A DNA stretch of 64,000 bases from Chiloscyllium plagiosum (taxonomy: Eukaryota). Position 1 is the stretch's first letter; each line of letters starts with the position of its first letter. Location: positions 41,024,256 through 41,088,255 of the forward strand of contig NC_057732.1 in assembly GCF_004010195.1 (NCBI RefSeq), given 5' to 3'. Below are positions 49,301-60,329 of the stretch, in pieces. The notes beneath the pieces were generated by a model, which was not told the DNA's origin, ran no database searches, and worked only from the letters and a program-made list of their open reading frames with translations. A program made the position numbers and the translations under genes.

Positions 49301-52300
49301 ACTTATACCGATCCAAATCTTTGCTCTTGCACCCTCTGTGTCAAATTGCTTACTCATCACTGATCTTGGGCAAATTCTAGGAACTAAGCTGATGTTAAAA
49401 TAAAGGTTGAAGTATTTATGACAGACATCACTCTATGAAGTAAATCCACTCATTGATAAAAGCCCATTCAATACACTTGTATCCCTTCAAATACTTAATC
49501 CTAAATAAAAACAAATTATTGCATTCATACTGTAGACATGGGGAGACTGTTTAAGGAACAGTTGTTGCGAGTGATGAATAAATATGTCCCTCTGAGACGG
49601 GCAAGAAGGGGTAAGATAAAGGAACCTTGGATGACGAGAGCAGTGGAGCTTCTCGTCAAAAGGAAGAAGGTAGCTTACATAAGGTGGAGGAAGCTAGGGT
49701 CAAGCTCAGCTCTAGACTATTACAGGCAGGCCAGGAAGGAGCTCAAAAATGGTCTGAGGAGAGCCAGGAGGAGGCACGAGAAAGGCTTGGCAGAACGGAT
49801 TAGGGAGAACACAAAGGCATTTTACACTTAAGTGAGGAATAAGAGAATGGTCAAAGAAAGAGTAGGGCCGATCAGGGATAGCATAGGGAACTTGTGTGTG
49901 GAGTCTGAGGAGGTTGGGGGAGACCTAAATGAGTTTTTTGCTTCTGTCTTTACGAAAGAAACGACCTTTGTAATGAATGAAACCTTTGAAGAGCAGGTGT
50001 GCATGCTGGAACGGATAAAGATAGAGGAAGCTGACGTGCTGAAAATTTTGACAAACATTAAGATTGACAAGTTGCCAGGCCTGGACCAGACTTGTCCTCG
50101 GCTGCTTTGGGAAACGAGAAATGCAATTGCTTTGCCACTTGCGAAGATCTTTGCATCCTCGCTCTCCACTGGAGTCGTACCTGAGGATTGGAGAGAGGCA
50201 AATGTAATTCCTCTCTTCAAGAAAGGAAATAGGGAAATCCCTGGCAATTACAGACCAGTAAGTCTCACGTCTGTCGTCTGCAAGGTGTTAGAAAGGAGTC
50301 TGAGGGATAGGATTTATGACCATCTGGAAGAGCATGGCTTGATTAAATGCAGTCAACATGGCTTTGTGAGGGGCAGGTCATGCCTCACAAACCTTATCGA
50401 GTTCTATGAGGATGTGACTAGAAACGTTGATGAGGGTCGAGCTGTGGATGTGGTGTATATGGACTTCAGCAAGGCATTTGATAAGGTTCCCCATAGTAGG
50501 CTCATTCAGAAGGTCAGGAGAAATGGGATACAGGGGAACTTAGCTGTCTGGATACAGAATTGACTAGCCAACAGAAGACAGCGAGTGGTAGTAGAAGAAA
50601 AATATTCTGCCTGGAAGTCGGTACAGGATTAAGGATAGGATTCTTGGCAGTGTGGAGGAACAGAGGAATCTTGGTGTGCAGGTACATAGATCCCTTAAAA
50701 TGGCCACCCAAGTGGACAGGGTTGTTAAGAAAGCATATGGTGTTTTGGCTTTCATTAACAGGGGGATGGAGTTTAAGAGTCGTGAGATCTTGTTGCAGCT
50801 CTATAAAACTTTGGTTAGACCGCACTTGGAATACTGTGTCCAGTTCTGGTGGCCCTATTATAGGAAAGATGTGGATGCTGTGGAGAGGGTTCAGAGGAGG
50901 TTTATCAGGATGCTGCCTGGACTGGTGGGCTTATCTTATGAAGAGAGGTTGACTTTTTTCATTGGAGAAAAGGAGGAGGAGAGGGGACCTAATTGAGGTA
51001 TACAAGATAATGAGAGGCATAGACAGAGTCGATAGCCAGAGACTATTTCCCAGGGCAGAAATGGCTAACACGAGGGGTCATAGTTTTAAGCTGGTTGGAG
51101 GAAAATATAGAGGGAAGGTCAGAGGCGGGTTCTTTACACAGAGTTGTGAGAGCATGGAATGCGTTGCCAGCAGCAGTTGTGGAAGCAAGATCATTAGGGA
51201 CCTTTAAGAGACTGCTGGACATGCATATGGTCACAGAAATTTGAGGGTGCATACATGAGGACCAATGGTTGGCACAACATCGTGGGTTGAAGTGCCTGTT
51301 CTGTGCTGTACTGTTCTATGTTCTATAATCCTAATCAAAGACAGCTAATCCTTAATAATTCTTGCATTTGAGAAACGGTAGTGGTTTAGGAATATGGAGA
51401 AACAGCAGGAGGAGTGGCACTAAAATGCAATATCTTCCTGAATCATATGAGCCTAATTTCTAGCAGATTTGCTGTTCATAGTCATAGAGATGTACAGCAT
51501 GGAAACAGACCCTTCGGTCCAACCCGTCCATGCCGACCAGATATCCCAACCCAATCTAGTCCCACCTGCCAGCACCCAGCCCATATCCCTCCAAACCCTT
51601 CCTATTCATATACTCATCCAAATGTCTCTTAAATGTTGCAATTGCACCAGCCTCCACCACTTCCTCTGGCAGCTTATTCCATACCCTTACCACCCTCTGT
51701 GTGAAAAAGTTGCCCCTTAGGTCTCTTTTATATCTTTCCCCCCTCACCCTAAACCTATGCCCTCTAGTTCTGGACTCCCCGACCCCAAGGAAAAGACTTT
51801 GCCTATTTATCCTATCCATGCCCCTCATAATTTTGTAAACCTCTATAAGGTCACCCCTCAGCCTCAAACGCTCCAGGGAAAACAGCCCCAGCCTGTTCAG
51901 CCTCTCCCTATAGCTCAAATCCTCTAACCCTGGTAACATCCTTTCAATCTTTTCTGAACCCTTTCAAGTTTCACAACATCTTTCCGATAGGAAGAAGACC
52001 AGAATTGCATGCAATATTCCAACAGTGGCCTGACCAATGTCCTGTACAGCCGCAACATGACCTTCCAACTCCTGTACTCAATAATCTGACCAATAAAAGA
52101 AAGCATACCAAACACCGCCTTCACTATCCTATATACCTGCGACTTTCAAGGAACTATGAACGTGCACTCCAAGGTCTCTTTGTTCAGCAACATTCCCTAG
52201 GACCTTACCATTAAGTGTATAAGTCATGCTAATATTTGCTTTCCCAAAATGCAGCACCTCGCATTTATCTGAATTAAACTCCATCTGCCACTTCTCAGCT

Positions 52301-52766
52301 ATTGGCCCATCTGGTCAGATCCTGTTGTAATCTGAGGTAACCCTCTTCGCTGTCCATTCACCTCCAATTTTCAATGTTTAATCGGTCAGCCTAATTGTGA
52401 AATGAATTTCACGAAATAGGTTTTCCCAAGAACAGTTTATGAAGATCCGTTTACAAGTGTGTGGAAGAATCTGATTTTGTGACAGTGTAATGATTTAATA
52501 CTTTGTCCTTAACCTCTTACCTTCTCAGATACGTTTGCATCCGTGGTGTTTTTATTCTCACAACAGAGTGCACATCCTTGACAGTCACACTTGTCGTGAC
52601 ACTTCGCAAGTTCATCAGTCTCATCTTCTCTATTGTTTATTTCAAGAACCCCTTCACCTTCTGGCACTGGATCGGGACAGTGGTAGTTTTTATTGGGACT
52701 CTCACTTATGCCGAAGTTTGGAAAATGTTTAAGCTGTTGTTCGACAGCAAGAGAAAGGAGCAATAA
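24991..52766 (+). CDS. SLC35B4: SLC35B4 nucleotide-sugar (UDP-xylose/UDP-GlcNAc) transporter, complete spliced CDS, 10 exons, 987 nt / 328 aa
   Basis: join(24991-25067,35448-35561,36495-36597,38086-38135,38894-38975,41246-41306,45351-45460,47012-47087,49009-49084,52529-52766). All introns are GT-AG and phases are consistent. The translation [47 protein letters not shown]...[49 protein letters not shown] matches vertebrate SLC35B4 as recalled. Confidence 0.97.
26100..27512 (+). mobile_element. CR1 LINE ORF2 (RT) fragment, decayed
   Basis: [41 protein letters not shown]...[18 protein letters not shown]; ctatgttctat tail. Confidence 0.93.
27622..27828. mobile_element. PLE-derived fold-back element (~80-bp arms) containing a hammerhead
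   Basis: Arms 27652-27733 / 27747-27828 are near-perfectly complementary. Confidence 0.8.
27739..27773 (+). ncRNA. Minimal type-I hammerhead ribozyme motif
   Basis: CAC-CTGATGA-A-GGAG-CAGCT-CTCC-GAAA-GCTA-GTG: stem I CAC/GTG, stem II GGAG/CTCC, palindromic AGCT, CUA cleavage triplet. Confidence 0.75.
29222..29593 (+). mobile_element. CR1 LINE ORF2 fragment
   Basis: [62 protein letters not shown]. Confidence 0.92.
29695..29905 (+). repeat. Degenerate (TTCAG/TTCAA)n pentamer satellite
   Basis: ttcagttcaattcgtttcagttaatttcagttcagtcaattcag... Confidence 0.85.
30351..30698 (+). repeat. Tandem repeat, 3 x 115 bp, near identical
   Basis: CTCCCGGGTC recurs at 30351, 30466 and 30581; partial at 30696. 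Confidence 0.95.
30948..31109 (+). mobile_element. CR1 3' end
   Basis: gcatggaatgcgctgcctg...gggccgaagggcctgttctgtgctgtattgttctatgttcta. Confidence 0.88.
31357..31397 (+). repeat. (ATT)n microsatellite
   Basis: ttattattattattatt... Confidence 0.95.
31523..31822 (+). mobile_element. CR1 3' fragment
   Basis: [42 protein letters not shown]; ctctatgactctatgact tail. Confidence 0.9.
32930..33425 (+). mobile_element. Rex1/Babar-like LINE RT fragment, decayed
   Basis: Degenerate motifs ...[11 protein letters not shown]..., [50 protein letters not shown]. Confidence 0.75.
34381..34416 (+). ncRNA. Degenerate hammerhead motif in PLE 3' fragment (34330-34480)
   Basis: ATTC-CTGATGA-A-GGGC-TTTT-GCTT-GAAAT-GTC-GATT; same family as the 8659-8694 copy. 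Confidence 0.55.
35448..35561 (+). CDS. SLC35B4: SLC35B4 exon 2 (114 nt)
   Basis: ttcttcag| [37 protein letters not shown](R) |gtaagg. Confidence 0.95.
35779..36335 (-). mobile_element. CR1 3' fragment
   Basis: [39 protein letters not shown]. Confidence 0.9.
36495..36597 (+). CDS. SLC35B4: SLC35B4 exon 3 (103 nt)
   Basis: ctctcag| [34 protein letters not shown] |gtaagt. Confidence 0.96.
36815..37120 (-). mobile_element. HE1-like SINE
   Basis: Reverse complement of the HE1 head (gggcagcacggtggcgcagtggttagcactgctgcc) and V-domain. Confidence 0.85.
37361..37700 (+). mobile_element. HE1-like SINE
   Basis: cagtggttagcattgctgcctcac...gtgtggagtttgcacattctcc...tcctcccacagtcc. Confidence 0.85.
38086..38135 (+). 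CDS. SLC35B4: SLC35B4 exon 4 (50 nt)
   Basis: ttttccag| [16 protein letters not shown](R) |gtcagt. Confidence 0.95.
38894..38975 (+). CDS. SLC35B4: SLC35B4 exon 5 (82 nt)
   Basis: ctccccag| [27 protein letters not shown] |gtaaga. Confidence 0.95.
41246..41306 (+). CDS. SLC35B4: SLC35B4 exon 6 (61 nt)
   Basis: gttccag| [20 protein letters not shown](G) |gtaagg; its phase bridges exons 5 and 7. Confidence 0.9.
44448..44730 (+). mobile_element. HE1-like SINE (degenerate)
   Basis: gagtttgcatgttctccctgtgtctgcatgggtttcctcc...agtccaaagatgtgcaggctagg. Confidence 0.8.
45351..45460 (+). CDS. SLC35B4: SLC35B4 exon 7 (110 nt)
   Basis: ttctccag| [36 protein letters not shown] |gtgagt. Confidence 0.96.
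45975..46328 (+). mobile_element. CR1 3' fragment with TSD-like TATGACAA flanks
   Basis: [57 protein letters not shown]. Confidence 0.9.
46848..46972 (+). mobile_element. Deu-domain SINE remnant (SacSINE1/AmnSINE-like)
   Basis: cttgagcacatagtccatactga...agtgctgcactaacagaagtgtc...agatgagacattaaactgag resembles the Deu core as recalled. Confidence 0.5.
47012..47087 (+). CDS. SLC35B4: SLC35B4 exon 8 (76 nt)
   Basis: ccattcag| [25 protein letters not shown](E) |gtaagt. Confidence 0.95.
47112..47390 (-). mobile_element. HE1-like SINE
   Basis: Reverse-complement head and V-domain. Confidence 0.8.
48200..48380. mobile_element. PLE 3'-end fold-back (imperfect inverted arms, junction in hammerhead stem II)
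   Basis: ggtgctggaaa...gggcaaaa / ttttgcctgaaa...tttccagcacc. Confidence 0.7.
49009..49084 (+). CDS. SLC35B4: SLC35B4 exon 9 (76 nt)
   Basis: cccacag| [24 protein letters not shown](Q) |GTATCCTTT (U12-type donor). Confidence 0.95.
49530..51327 (+). mobile_element. CR1 LINE ORF2 fragment (internally deleted near 50620) in the U12 intron
   Basis: 243-aa ORF with [67 protein letters not shown]; the FADD region is missing; ctatgttctat tail. Confidence 0.95.
51476..52372 (-). mobile_element. CR1 LINE 3' fragment, tail-to-tail with the previous copy
   Basis: [45 protein letters not shown]...[14 protein letters not shown]. Confidence 0.93.
52529..52766 (+). CDS. SLC35B4: SLC35B4 exon 10 coding part, ending in TAA
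   Basis: cttctcag| [78 protein letters not shown]. Confidence 0.96.
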
Positions 52767-55700
52767 ATCACTTCAACGCAGTATAACCAGGTCCAGGCAT
52801 TCAGCCTAAACATTCGAAGAAAAAGAAATGACTATCAAGAAGAATACATTTTTAATTTATTCCTTTCCTGTGAAAACTCTATTTTTGTAAAGGTATAATT
52901 TGACTACTTGCATTCCCCTAGTGAATCTTTGGTCTGGACATGCCAGTTCGTTCTATCGGATTTGAAGTTATTGCTTAAAAAACACATCAAGACACTTGAA
53001 GTAATGCTTAAAAAGTACCATAATGATTACTTTTTGTTCAAGTTTGGTGCTATGACTGTTTTTAGTTAAATATTTTGGTTGTAAAATTTAGCTTCGCAGC
53101 GCTGCTGATTTCACAGCATAGAAACTCTGAGAAAAATATTGGCTCGAGATCTGAAAGCACTGATCACCATGATTTGACTGATAGTAATGCATTCATGCTT
53201 GTCATGTACTGACAATATGTAGTGTAGATAGACTGCTGCCTGATGTAACGTTTTGGTCCTGTTACTATTATTGCACATCTAAATATGCATTCAGTTGCCC
53301 CAAGAATCTCACCCCAAACCTGTGCTATTTATGTATCACTATTTAGCTTTCAGGTAAGAGGGTTTACTTGTGACTATATTTTTGCAATATTGTCACTGGG
53401 GAAGTTTTAACTTTTTCAGTCAGAAGGCTGTTTATAGATGAGGAGGCATTTGAACCTTCATGGTTCATGTTGGCCTTGAGCGTATCACCAGATTTTTGTT
53501 CCCCGAAAAAAAACCTCCAGCCCGTTTCTCCACAGTTCCACCTCTTTCCCTCCCACTTTCCAGACTATCACACTGTTCTCTTGGTCTAAATCCTGAAACA
53601 AAATGCCAAAAAGCAACCTTCCATGCTTACTTCATGTAAGAATATTTCTAATAATGCATAGAATATCTCATGGTTCACCTTTGTTCTTTCCCTTGGAGTC
53701 TGGGGTCTTTGTCTGGTCCAGTGTTCCTACACGGTGCTACCTTGATGATAACTGCACTGCTTTCTGACAGATGGTAGGCTGCTGAAGTACGCCAGTGGAG
53801 GGAAGACTGCAAATGCCTTTCCATAATGCCCTTGAGCAGCTCTGGGATTGAGGGCTTATCTTCAGACTGTACCAGCTCGGCAGCAGCAGTGGCAGAAGTG
53901 CCATTGCTGTTATCCTGAAGCAGACAGCAGGTATGTGCTCCACAGAGCAACTTGTATTTCTCCATAGTGGAATTTCAATAATCTATAGATTTTACAGAAC
54001 AAACTGTTGTCACTGTTGTGAGACCCAGCAAACCTATTTGAGCATTGTTTTCCCCAATCATGATGCCCACAAGTAAACTCCTGTCCAAATTCCTATTGCA
54101 GAACTGATCCATTATTTGATTTTTGCTTGTGCTACACTAGCTCATGCAGTGACCATCACTTGTCCAAAAATGTTGTCTTGAATGGGCTGCAAGGTCTGTG
54201 CAAATTCCTGCATAATGTACAACTGGATTTCTCCACACTCTGACAGTGACAATAAGCTCACCGACCTGCCAAACCATCAAATAGAGTTTCTACCCTTTCA
54301 GTCTTTTCTTTTACCCCATTGCAGTCTCATCTGCAGTAGAACTCATCTGCAATTTTGTGCTTGTCTGAAGAACCTGCTGGCCCACTTCAGAAGTATAACT
54401 TCTTTTCCTTTGCCTGTATTGAACTAAAGCCTCCAGTGACATATCCTTTTCAGTCAGAAGCTGTTTAGAGGTGAGGAGGCACTTGCTACTCCATAGGTGC
54501 ACTTCTTTCGTGCTTGGGAAGTTTTTTTCTAGTTTATTCCAGCATCTGATACAGCTAGAGCATAACTGCGTTCCATGTTGAGTGTGTAGCCACTTAGTGT
54601 GCTTAGCATTGGGCTGCACATCCAATTCATGGAACTGAACAGACAGCATAAAGTTACTGTGCTGACTTTATCAGATCCATTGAGGGTGAGGTAATTATCC
54701 TTCATGATCTCCATGCGCATTAATGGGCATTATTGCATTCAATTGCATTTAATCTTTGGCAAGATTGGATGGTGAAAGTGGAATTAAAGTCTGGGCTTTT
54801 GGTGGATTGGGTTAATGGACTGAGGGTTTGGAAAGTGTGGGTGGTGGTGCGATGGGTTAACGTGGTTTAGATGATGACATGGGATAGCATTCAAGATCTG
54901 GGTGATGTGCACGTTTATTGGATTGAGGGTTGGGTATTACACTTGGTGAACACACTGAGGGACGGGTCAGTGCAGTGGTCTGTATGGCCTTCTCTTGCTC
55001 TTAATGTTTTGGAGTTGTGGAGTCACCGTTTATATGAAATGTTAATTTAATTATCTAGAATAAATGTCAACAACATATACTGTGTAGTGTTTGTACAATG
55101 TAATGTACAAACACCGTATAAAATTGATTAATTTAGATAGTTAAGAGGTAGAAACTTAAATAGAAAGAAAGGAATTTATCTAAAAAAGAAGTGGATATAG
55201 ATGTTCTGTGGGAGCACCTCATAACTATTTTTGTGTTGAAAATGTATGATAATAAAAGTTGTGTTGCATTCAGTGAATCACTGAATTTTCACGATTCTCA
55301 ATATTACAAAGACTTGGGATGAATATCTACATATCTTTGTTGCATTTCAAAGGTAATTCATTATGTGAAGCTCTCCAGTGTTTACATGAAAGGTGTTGTG
55401 TAATTGCAACTATTGGTTTTACACCTGTAGAGGACTGGTATCTTCAGAAATGCCAATGGTTGTGATTTTGTTAATAGAAAAATCATTGCTCACTTCCTTT
55501 GCTCCCGGCCTCCCTTATCCCAGTGAAACTTGTTTTCATTTAATTATCTGCAAAATCAGTAACCAAAGACCATCACCAAGACTCTGTTTTCCAGCAATGT
55601 TGCTATGATTTATACAGTTTAAAACTTCTGCCTGCAGACATCCATTTTGTGTGCCTCTCTGCCTTCATAAACTGCTTCGTGGGAGGTATTCCTAATGTAT

Positions 55701-58031
55701 GATGTCAAATCAAGTTATCCGCTATCTGTCTCTGGCATAAAATAGTTATGAAGAACAACTTAAAACTGAGTGGTTAAAAAAGATGTTTTGCCTTAATAGC
55801 AAATGAATCTGTGTGATATATCATTGGATAAACCTTTGTCTTGATGAGGCTGCTATTACGCCTATCTCCTTGTCTGAAGTTCAATGGTATGTAATGTATT
55901 GAACAGCCTACTTTTTTGAGCTCAGTGTCTCAACCTGCTTTCATCTGTGGTATAGTGCATTGTGTCATCATGTTACCTCAATAAAATGCACAATTTCCTT
56001 TTTTCAGTTTGCTTGTCCACATTATAATTAGTTTCTGATAGATTCAAGATTCACAGCCAGATCAAAATCAATCAATAGCCCTTCATCATTCATTCTTTAT
56101 TCTTGCCTTGTTAATTATCTTCCACCTATTCCTTGGCATTTTGTGGTTGCAACAAACTTATCAAGAAAGGAGAGAGAGAAAACAGGCCAGTGACTTGGCC
56201 AGGCCAGGCAATCTCAAACAAGCCACTTAAACAGTCAGACAGAGCCAATGTGGTTTTATGCAAGGGAAGTAACATTTAAAATCTCAATTTTTATTTAGAT
56301 GTGATCAGTGGTAAAGAGGAGCCAGGAATGTTTTTTTTTATTTCCTAAAGATGTCACATAAATTATTCTGGTGCATAATGGCCTTATAGAGTTAGGGTAT
56401 TGTTTATGAGCATGAATAGAGGTTTGCAGTAAACTGTACAAATGAATTTCTATGTTTTTTTTTTCCCATTCAGTTATGGAATGTGGGTTTGCTGACTGGG
56501 TTGGCATTTTAATTCCTGTCATAAATTGCCTTCAAGAATGTAAAGTTGGTAGCCTTCTTGAACTGCAGTAGTCTGTATGCTGTTGGTAGACTCTCAACGC
56601 TATTAGGGAGGGATTTTGACTCCATTACAGTGAAGGAACAACGATATATTTCTATGTCAAGAAGGTTGGCTGATAATTGTGGGAGGGGTAGCACAAATCT
56701 CAATGTTGGACCCTGAGCTATTCATAATTTGCTTAAATAACTGAAGAGGAGGGGCTGGAATGTATCAATTTTTGCTGAAATGCAAAACAAGGTGGGAAAT
56801 TAAGCTGCGAAGAGGTTTCAGCAGGCTGAACTTTGCTGTGAATGTTTCCCAATTTTTAACTAATTTCGCAGTCCCAACCTCACTTGAAGCATTGCACCTT
56901 CCAACAAATTTTACAAGAGCCTGTTAATTATGGTCAGAGAGTAGGTTCAGGATACTAATGCAGCCCCATGATTTGGCTGGTGAGCAGCCTTCACAGTGTT
57001 ACAATGATTATGCTGATGAAGGCGAAGCACCAGGAGCAACATGGACACAAGATGCCATCATTATCATGGGAGTACCTGCCATTGCATCAACCCAGGATAA
57101 TGATGGCAGATATTAGTTTTCAGGATATCCTCAGTGGTGAGTCTTTGACTTGAGTATACAGCCTTGCAATGTTCTGCTGGTAAACACTTAAAATCCTTGA
57201 AATTTCATTGAGTTCTGCCTACTTTTTGAGTGTGGCAGGAGATGTTTGTGCAATGCTGTGAAAATTACTTCATACTAGAAAATGTCTTATAAAATGCTAA
57301 TTTTGCTAAGATGGAGATTATCTTCTGTAAAGAACTTCAGGCTTTTAAATTTTCTGCTTTACTTGAGGTATCTTTAGCCATTAAAAGCTATTTGAATTTA
57401 CTTGTGTTATTTGCCCTGCCGTATTTAAAAACCACAACACAGTCAACAGATGTGTATCAGTTGCCTTGCTGAATTCCCATGCTAGATACATTGAATATGT
57501 GTGTAAAGTACAAATGTCCGGACCCACCACATACAACAATTGTATGATTCCACTACCAGCCCTGTTTGATCTTTCAACCAAAACATGGGCATGACTTTCA
57601 GACTGTTCACTTTAACAGTCGGAAATTAACGTTGAGTACATACCCACATCTCTGCTGTGGGTACCAGATAAAGTTAAATACGAGCTGCAGCAGTTTTTTT
57701 TTTAAAAGTCACTCCTCCTGCCCTGTCTTCATCCACCTTCAGTCAAAAGTCTAAAATCTGACTGCAAATGGAGTGTACCTAGACTCATTGTAAATTTATG
57801 ATCGCTTTCAGGACATCAGGGAGGACAGCTATATTTTTGACAAGTTCACTCCTGTAATGTAGAAATGGCTTATACCAGGGAGAACAACTGAAACTTTTAT
57901 GACCATAAATCCCTCATTTTGTTTTAAAACATTTTTAAAAATTCTTTCTACAAATTGGTAGAGCTGTGTTGTTTAGTGGGCCTTGTTTATCCTCATAAAA
58001 ATGGGATCAAAGAATCCCAACTGTGTGGAAG

Positions 58032-58154
58032 TGCTCCCTTCCCAACTCTTACTGCATATTACTAATTTTGAGAAAATTTGTAGCTCGGGTGAGATTCTGG
58101 ATGGAAGTTTGATTGCTGATCTGGAAGATTTGTTTTCAGACGTTTCATCATCAC
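58032..58154 (+). repeat. 123-bp direct duplicate of 59693-59815
   Basis: 5 mismatches by eye, offset 1661 bp. Confidence 0.9.
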
Positions 58155-58462
58155 CCTACCGCATCAACACTGACCCTCCGAAGAGGATCCCACCCAGAAC
58201 CATCTCCTTACCATTTTGCTGTAACCCTGCATTTCCTGTGGCTAATCCCCTTAGCCTGCACATCCCTGGACACAATGAACAATTTATACGGCAAATCCAG
58301 TAACCTGCAGATCTTTGGACTATGGGAGGAAACCAGAACACCCAGTGGAAATCCATGCAGATACGGAAAATGCACAAACTCCATACAGATGGGGCACTCA
58401 AGGATGGAATTGAACCCGGTTTTCTGGGGCTGTGAGGCAGCAGTGTAAACCATCATGCCACC
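58155..58462 (-). mobile_element. HE1-like SINE
   Basis: Reverse-complement head and V-domain. Confidence 0.78.
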
Positions 58463-59089
58463 CAGGATCATAGGCCAATAAAACAGGGACAGGTGCACAA
58501 CGTAGATAATTTCTAATCAACCTGTTCAGAGGTGTTATGAAATACCTGCGGAGTAGGGGGACTTGAGCCCAGGCCTCCTGGTGCAGAGATAGATACGCTA
58601 CTACAGTCTGTAGGAGCCTCCTGCTCGTTCATCAGAACTTCATTTGACAAAGGAGGAGCGCTCCTTCTTTGTCAGGTGAAGTCATGATGAAGGAGCAGTG
58701 TTCTGAAAGCTTGCGATTTTAAATAAACCTGTTGGACTAAAACCTGGTGTCATATGACTTTTGACTTACTGCTGCCTAAAAGCTTTGGAATTTCCTTCCC
58801 AAAGTCCTGTTATGTTTTCTTCTCTCTTTCCCCCAAGTCACTTGCTTAAACCTACTTCTGTGATCAAACTTTTGGGCACCTATTCCAATCTGGCTTGGTG
58901 TCTTATAATATTCTTTTGAAGCATCTTGGGATGTTTTTACCATTTTAAAGCCATGTATTAATTGTTTCAACTGGAGACAGAGAAGTAGAAAATCATAAAT
59001 AAAAAGCAAATTACCATTAATAGTACTTTTTAACATTTGTATTACAAGAACAGTTTTAAATCTGGATTTTTAAAAGTTTTTTTAAATTT

Positions 59090-59304
59090 TCATTTTAATG
59101 TACAGACAGCTTGCTGTGGACTGTCGGGGATCTCAGCTCTTGTTCGTCCCGATGGAATCGGAGGCAGAATAGGCTTGATGTTGGATCCAAGTCGCTGAGA
59201 AGGAGATGGGGTATTTTGGACTGAAGAACATTTAGATGGAATGTTTTCTTCTTTAAGTCGTTCTGGCCTTGCTTCCTCTAGAGTGCGTAAAGAACTCTGA
59301 TCAT
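59090..59304 (-). CDS. LRGUK: Probable LRGUK terminal coding exon
   Basis: tttggtaatgtag| (D)DQSSLRTLEEARPERLKEENIPSKCSSVQNTPSPSQRLGSNIKPILPPIPSGRTRAEIPDSPQQAVCTLK*. GSNxKPxLPPIPxGR resembles the LRGUK C-terminus as recalled, and LRGUK lies tail-to-tail with SLC35B4 in human. Confidence 0.75.
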
Positions 59305-59796
59305 CTACATTACCAAAAAAGAAATAAATAATTGAATAACAAACTATGTTTCAGGAAAAAATAGCAGTATGTTTTGGTGAACTTATTCTCCCTCTTTCTT
59401 TCCCTTCCCTTCCCAATTGCATACATTTAAATCTCTATTTTTAGAATAGAAACAATTCAATTTGACGAATACAATATTTGTAAACAAAAAAACAGAAAAG
59501 AAAGACTAAAATGGAATAAGCAGTTATTTTGCAGCTACTAAAGTCATTGATTTGCATTTTGCAGTTTTCTCATTGAAAGAACATTCCTTCTGGAATAAAA
59601 CACAGCTGACAGATAGCAGGAAAACATATTCTGTTCATTAATGATAGACTGAATGTGACGGTTGTGCACTGGATCAAATTCCTATCTGGCAATGCTCCCT
59701 TCCCAACTCGTACTGCATATTACTAATTTTGAGAAAATTTGTAGCTCAGGTGAGATTCTGGATGGAAGTTTGATTGCTGATCTGGAAGATTTGTTT

Positions 59797-59836
59797 TCAG
59801 ACATTTCACCACCACACTAGGTAACATCCTCAGTGA
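59797..59836 (-). ncRNA. Hammerhead ribozyme motif (CpG-decayed), PLE-derived, in the last intron of LRGUK in sense orientation
   Basis: Minus strand reads TCA-CTGAGGA-T-GTTACC-TAGTGT-GGTGGT-GAAAT-GTC-TGA: stem I TCA/TGA, stem II held partly by G-U pairs. Confidence 0.6.
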
Positions 59837-60329
59837 CCCACTTTCCATTTATATGTTTAGGTTTCCTTGGGTTGGTGATGTCATTTCCTGTTCTTGAAGG
59901 AGGGTTATACCCAAAATGTTGACTTTTCCACCTCCTGATGCTGCCTGGCTTTGTGTCTTTCCTTCCTCCTGTTTGTCTACTTTGGATTCCAGCATCTGTA
60001 GTTTGGTTTTGTCTTGAACACTAGCCAACTCTAATCTGCCTAAATTTTCTAATCGCTTAGGATCTATCACATCGGCACCAACTGTTTAAACATTTCTCAG
60101 GAATGAATCCGATCTGAAACTCAAACAGCATTTGAATTAAATGTTCCTAATATATTAGTGGTGCCATCTTTTAGGGCATTATCATCATGCAGCCAAAGTG
60201 CATAACTTTGCATTAAAAAGACAAAAAGTATAATGGAATCTTAATTTGAACAGTGCAGACACTCCAAAGAATGCTGATAAGAGGAAATGCAGGGATTCAA
60301 GCAGCAATATGGTAGGGCAAATGGGCAGT

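Larger units (their letters stand above)
49085..52528 (+). other. U12-type (minor spliceosome) GT-AG intron 9 of SLC35B4
   Basis: 5' site GTATCCTTT at 49085; branch point TCCTTAAC at 52506-52513, 15 nt before the exon junction (AG at 52527-52528). Confidence 0.92.

Noticed and set aside
49832-50563. 243-aa RT ORF as an active retrotransposon or host gene
   Set aside because: It is a truncated CR1 fragment with flanking stops and a deletion of the catalytic FADD region.
53675-54720. Exon-like minus-strand ORFs downstream of SLC35B4
   Set aside because: Splice-like boundaries exist, but there is no recognisable domain or phase-linked partner exon; most likely decayed transposon sequence.
52767-56000. 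SLC35B4 polyadenylation site (AATAAA at ~55059, 55251, 55980)
   Set aside because: There are several candidates in AT-rich DNA and no way to choose without 3'-end data.
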